DNA from: an uncultured Thermoleophilia bacterium
Lineage (GTDB): Bacteria; Actinomycetota; Thermoleophilia; RBG-16-64-13
Length of the DNA: 64,000 nucleotides
Assembly: GCA_963772095.1 (NCBI GenBank)
Contig: CAVYVU010000001.1
Coordinates: forward strand, 5,588-69,587
Direction: 5' to 3'
The translations under genes were made by a program, and so were the position numbers. Shown piece by piece: positions 60,084-64,000 of the stretch (its first letter is position 1; each line of letters begins with the position of its first letter). Under the pieces are notes generated by a model. It searched no databases. It saw only the letters and a program-made list of their open reading frames with translations, and was not told the DNA's origin.

Positions 60084-60664
60084 GGTAGCGCGTGCTCCCG
60101 GCGCTCGGCCACGAGCCCGAACAGGTATCTGCCTACATTCTCCGCTCGTTTTGTCTCGAAGAGAGGCAGTAGCAGCGCCGCCACCTCTTCCTTTGTGTAG
60201 CGGAGCTCGAAACGAGGACCTTCGGCATCGTCCGCCGGGTCGCGGCGCCAATCGACGATCACCAGGCGACCCCCGGGGCGCAGCGCGTCGTACAGCTTGC
60301 GCCTGCCGCTGAAGCCATGAGTCTCGTGAAAGGTGATGACGCTGTACGCGACGTCGACGGAACCAGGGGGCAGTGGGAGCTCGTTCACGTCGGCCAGAAT
60401 CTGGCGGACGTTCTGGGGCAGACCTTTCGCCTGATGGATGGCCGCCATCTCGGGCTGCAACTCCACCGCGTATACGGTCCCTCGGGTCAGCCGCGCCACC
60501 CGGTCGGTGTAGAAACCGGTGCCGCTGCCGAGATCGGCCACGTCCTCAGTGCCCTTTAGGGCGAGCAGGTCGGCCAGCGTGTCTTCCCCGATCTGCATGT
60601 CCAAGCGACCCCGGTCTTCGAGGACACCGGCGCGCTCGGGGCGGAAAAGTCCGTGACCGTGCAT
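60080..60664 (-). CDS. Class I SAM-dependent methyltransferase
   Basis: 194 aa from the ATG at 60664. Motif I VADLGSGTGFYT, post-I YAVELQ. The longer listed ORF (to 61147) overlaps the Eis-like gene in another frame. Confidence 0.8.
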   Translation of the reverse strand: MHGHGLFRPERAGVLEDRGRLDMQIGEDTLADLLALKGTEDVADLGSGTGFYTDRVARLTRGTVYAVELQPEMAAIHQAKGLPQNVRQILADVNELPLPPGSVDVAYSVITFHETHGFSGRRKLYDALRPGGRLVIVDWRRDPADDAEGPRFELRYTKEEVAALLLPLFETKRAENVGRYLFGLVAERREHALP

Positions 60665-60675
60665 TGTCTGCCCAG

Positions 60676-61932
60676 TTAGAACATAGTCGCGCAATAGGGC
60701 GGGAAGTCTGTGGCGAACATCCCGTCGGCAAGGGCAAGGGCACCAGGCTGCAGTTCGCGCACCCTTCCCGCCGCGGCGAGGGTCTGGAAGGTCACGCCTC
60801 CCAGGTAGGCGGAGCCCAGGTCGGTTACAGACAAGGCAAGGCCAGGATCCAAGGCCGTCGCGGCACAGCGAGCCTCGGCACGCGCGGTCTGCACTTCTAG
60901 GCGGTAGCGGCCCGAATTGCCCGGGAGGGAATCGTCCGTCACCTCGAAGACCAGGTCTCCGGCCGACTGATACTCGCGCCCGGCGAGCGCCCGCGGGATG
61001 TCCAGCAGCCGCACCCAAAGATCGTCGGCCAGTCCGCAGACTTGAAGGCTTCGAGGATCCGCGAGAAGCCAGCGCACGGAGTCGTCCACCTGGCCCCGCG
61101 AGAACAAGATCGTTCCGATCAGATCGATGCTCAGGCAGTAGCCCCACAACCGCGCGCGCACCCCGGCGTCAAGGGCGACTAGCTCGACGATGGTCAGCTC
61201 GTTTCGCGGAATAGCCGTCACCCAGTTTTGCTTGATCCTGTAGCTGACGTAACCGTCGCGGGCCCCCGCCTCGTTTTCGTGCACTGCGTGGAACATCTTG
61301 CCGGCACGTTCGCGGTGGTGCTCCATGTCGTGGAGGTACTCGGTCCACCATCCAGGATGCCGGCTCATGGCGCCCGGTCGGCGCCTGCGGTATGTGTCGT
61401 ACACCTCGGGCAGTATCGAAGGGGCGGCGGCGGGGTCTATCAACACCATCCGCCCTCGCACGCCCGGGTAGGTTGCCATTCTGGCTTGCGGCCGTTCCAG
61501 ACGGAAGCTGAGTACGTGTGTCGCGGGGCCATACCCGAAACGTCCGTAGATTCCAGCCTCCGAGGCGAGAAGCACAGACACGGCGTCGCCACGAAGCCGG
61601 ATATCGTCCAACTGGTGTTTCATCAGCCGCCGGAAGACGCCTCTCCGCGTATGGCCGGGAAGGACGGCCACCCATGTCAACGCGGCTACAGGGATGAGCC
61701 GGTTCCCCGGTAGCGTAAGCTCCATGTCCAACGCTGAGGCCGTCCCGATCAGGATGCCGTCTTCCACCGCGCAGAATGTGCGGTCCACGTTGAAGCCGGC
61801 CCGGAAGACCGCGATCTCCTCCACCGTCGGCTGTTCGCCGAAAGCGAAGCCCTCGACCCTTACGGCCGCCGGGAAGTCCTCCTCACGGAGGCGGCGTATC
61901 TCGATGTCGCCCATATCGCTCAATGATGCCAC
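60676..61932 (-). CDS. eis: Eis-like GNAT acetyltransferase (GNAT + SCP2-like C-terminal domain)
   Basis: 418 aa. VAVLPGHTRRGVFRRLM, ASEAGIYGRFGYGPAT (near-identical to the Eis block ASEGGIYGRFGYGPAT), and a C-terminal ...F carboxylate as in Eis. Confidence 0.85.
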   Translation of the reverse strand: MASLSDMGDIEIRRLREEDFPAAVRVEGFAFGEQPTVEEIAVFRAGFNVDRTFCAVEDGILIGTASALDMELTLPGNRLIPVAALTWVAVLPGHTRRGVFRRLMKHQLDDIRLRGDAVSVLLASEAGIYGRFGYGPATHVLSFRLERPQARMATYPGVRGRMVLIDPAAAPSILPEVYDTYRRRRPGAMSRHPGWWTEYLHDMEHHRERAGKMFHAVHENEAGARDGYVSYRIKQNWVTAIPRNELTIVELVALDAGVRARLWGYCLSIDLIGTILFSRGQVDDSVRWLLADPRSLQVCGLADDLWVRLLDIPRALAGREYQSAGDLVFEVTDDSLPGNSGRYRLEVQTARAEARCAATALDPGLALSVTDLGSAYLGGVTFQTLAAAGRVRELQPGALALADGMFATDFPPYCATMF

Positions 61933-61995
61933 ATCCGCTCATGTTGACTCTCCATCTTGACGATAGTGCCCAAGCAGGGTATCCTGCCCGGACCG

Positions 61996-62015
61996 ATGAA
62001 TGAACGTTCATTCAT
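61996..62015. promoter_or_regulatory. Perfect 20-bp palindrome ATGAATGAAC|GTTCATTCAT, candidate TetR operator
   Basis: It lies in the 112-nt AT-richer divergent region between the eis-like start (61932, minus) and the tetR start (62045, plus). Both arms are exact reverse complements. Confidence 0.65.
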
Positions 62016-62044
62016 TATTTATGTAGACCTTATGCGGGGAACTT

Positions 62045-62716
62045 TTGGCACGGGTGACTGAAGAGCATATCCAGGAGCGCACGGACCTGATTCTGGCCGC
62101 CGCCACTCGGATGTTTGCTCGCAAGGGCGTCGCCGTGGCGACCATGCAGGATGTGGCCGCGGAAGCGGGTCTGAGCGTTGGTGCGATCTACCGTTATTAC
62201 CCCGGCAAAGAACATCTGGTCCGCGCCGTCTTCAACCGCATCAAGGAAAACACCCGTTCTCTCTTTGCCAAGGCCGCCGAGCTTTCCGATTCGCCCGCGG
62301 ACATGCTTCGCAATGCGGGGAGCATCATAGCCGAGCGTTTTCAGCAGGAGCCCACTCGCGAGGAGACCATACTGGTGGTGGAGGCGATCCTCGCCGATGC
62401 CCGGCAATCTGATGAATTAGTGGCCCAAGAGCGGCAACTTCGCGACGCGTATACCTTCCTCACCGAACGCTTCTTCCGCCAAGCTCAGCGCGACGGAGCC
62501 CTCGACCCTGCCCTCGATAGCGAGGGCCTCGCGCTCCTGTTCGTGTCGCTGATGGTCGGACTCCATGTCATGTCTCTGGAGACCCAGGACCCCCTGGAAT
62601 TGCACTCTGTAATCACTGTCGTTAACGAGATGCTTCTGCGTTTCGCGCCCCCGAAGGGCACCAGCCCCGACGAGCCGCACGATTCCGCCTTGGCGTCGGT
62701 TGGGAGAGGTGGATGA
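62045..62716 (+). CDS. TetR/AcrR family transcriptional regulator
   Basis: N-terminal HTH RMFARKGVAVATMQDVAAEAGLSVGAIYRYYPGKEHL; 223 aa; TTG start. Confidence 0.9.
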   Translation: MARVTEEHIQERTDLILAAATRMFARKGVAVATMQDVAAEAGLSVGAIYRYYPGKEHLVRAVFNRIKENTRSLFAKAAELSDSPADMLRNAGSIIAERFQQEPTREETILVVEAILADARQSDELVAQERQLRDAYTFLTERFFRQAQRDGALDPALDSEGLALLFVSLMVGLHVMSLETQDPLELHSVITVVNEMLLRFAPPKGTSPDEPHDSALASVGRGG

Positions 62717-64000
62717 AGTTCCCTCTTAGCACGGGTAGGCTGGCGAGTTTCAGTGCGCGACGGCCCTGGTGGGTGGTCGGCATATGGGTGGCCTTCCTTG
62801 CCGCCTCGATCCTCGCCTTCCCGGGCTTGAGCCACGCCTTGACGGCGAAGGAGATGCAGTTCCTCAACAACCCCGACTCCGTGAAAGCAGAGAAGCTGCT
62901 TGCCCAAGGCAGCCTCTGGGACCTCGGGAGATCTCGAGACCTTGCTCGTGCATTCGGACAAGTACACCGTAGACGACCCCGCCTTCCGCCAGATCGTCGC
63001 TGATTCCACCACGGCTGTCACGGCGCAGACCGGCGCTGTGTCCAGCGCCTTCAACTACTATCAGGCGAGCATGTTCGATCCCACGTCGGCCAACGCCATG
63101 GTCTCGGCGGATCGCCACACCACGATCATCCCGGTCACGCTCACCAAGGGCAACAACGATCTCAGCAGCTATCTGAACACGGTCGGCAGTCTCAGCCATG
63201 GCGGCTTCACCGTGACGACTGTAGGCAGCGCCAGCATCGGACATGACCTGGCATCTACGGCCACCGGCGACCTGAAGAAGGCGGAGATGGTGGGGCTGCC
63301 GATAACGCTGGGCGTCCTGGTGCTGGTTTTCGGTGCGTTGGTGGCGGCAGGGATCTCTCTGATCCTTGCGCTCGCTGCGATAGGTGTGAGCATCGGCGCG
63401 ATCATCGGGATCGGCGCGATCGTTCCGCAGTCGTTCTTCATAGTCAACATCGTCATGATGATCGGGCTGGCTGTAGGCATCGACTACGCGCTCTTCATAA
63501 TCGAGCGCTACCGCGAGGAGCGGCGCCAAGGCCTCGACAAGCACGAAGCCATCGTGATGACCGGCCGCACTGCCAGCCGGGCGGTGCTGTTCTCCGGCGG
63601 CACAGTGATGCTGGCTCTACTGGGACTCTTCATCGTGCCTATCACCACCTTCCGCAGCCTGGGACTCGGAGCGGTCCTGGTGGTCCTTTTCGCCGTTCTC
63701 GCCATGTTGACTCTGGTCCCCGCGCTCATCAGCATCCTCGGCGACCGTCTCGACTGGCCGGTCCTGCGCCGGCGCAAGAAGCTGCCGGACGGCGAGCGGA
63801 TCCATAGCGGGGCCAACATGTACAGAGGATTCTGGGGACGGTTCACCAAGGGCATCATGAAGCGCCCGATCGTGGGCGTTGTGATCACGGTGGTCATCCT
63901 CCTGGCTTGCACAGCTCCTGCGTTCTCCCTTAAGACCGGTGCCGCCGGGGGCGCGGATTCGCTTCCGGATGGACCGCGCAAAGATGCGTACGAGCTCCTG
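62713..64000 (+). pseudogene. MMPL/RND-family membrane transporter (3' partial, runs off window end), one frame break as assembled
   Basis: The N-terminus with TM1 is in ORF 62713..63003. After a break at ~62920 (+1), an unlisted open frame continues to the window end: TVDDPAFRQIV..., LPITLGVLVLVFGALVAAG, MMIGLAVGIDYALFIIERYREE, FSGGTVMLALLGLF. It has a 4-nt overlap with tetR. Confidence 0.8.

Overview
This is a GC-rich (by eye, not computed), gene-dense bacterial chromosomal window. Almost all genes are on the + strand and nearly all are core housekeeping. The gene order is Bacillota-like for a high-GC Gram-positive lineage.

Gene order:
- glmS', acpS, nnr, CBS, cca, rpmE, thyX, DUF1385, prfA, prmC, tsaC, rpiB, glyA, dCMP deaminase
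- the complete F1Fo atp operon (atpZ, I, B, E, F, H, A, G, D, C), murA, two tandem LCP genes
- PNP-like, ahcY, mtnA, a sugar-1-P nucleotidyltransferase, comFC, hpf, secA, prfB, ftsEX, M23 peptidase, ctpA
- rsmE, HIT, yqeY, phoH, pgpH, ybeY, dgkA-PAP2, cdd-like, GNAT, deoC, recO, guaB on the minus strand
- a SbcD/YhaO-like nuclease with a YhaN/SbcC-like ATPase, SDR, HAD, CoA-binding protein, arfB, an LbH protein, glmM
- a minus-strand Eis-like / methyltransferase / nucleotidyltransferase operon, then a divergent TetR and an MMPL transporter cut by the window end

I recognised no rRNA, tRNA, CRISPR array, transposase, integrase or prophage signature.

The dominant anomaly is technical-looking. 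About 30 reading-frame breaks cluster between ~5.8 and ~16.2 kb inside essential genes, and about 8 more are scattered elsewhere. Two stretches of 13 kb and 21 kb have none. Most breaks behave as single extra bases. The only one with canonical recoding signals is the classical prfB CUU-UGA-C +1 site.

No clearly novel system stands out. The candidates I would follow up:
- the translationally coupled acetyl-/methyl-/nucleotidyl-transferase operon next to TetR and MMPL, with a perfect 20-bp palindrome operator
- mtnA adjacent to an NTP-transferase+LbH protein (an eIF2B-like fold pairing), downstream of a degenerate PNP-like gene and ahcY
- a stand-alone LbH protein overlapping the glmM start
- tandem LCP paralogs that share an extra C-terminal module
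- a Rad50-like ATPase with a membrane hairpin at its coiled-coil apex
- a triple 19-bp-periodic direct repeat upstream of the SDR gene

All functional calls come from reading motifs in the translations; no database search was run.
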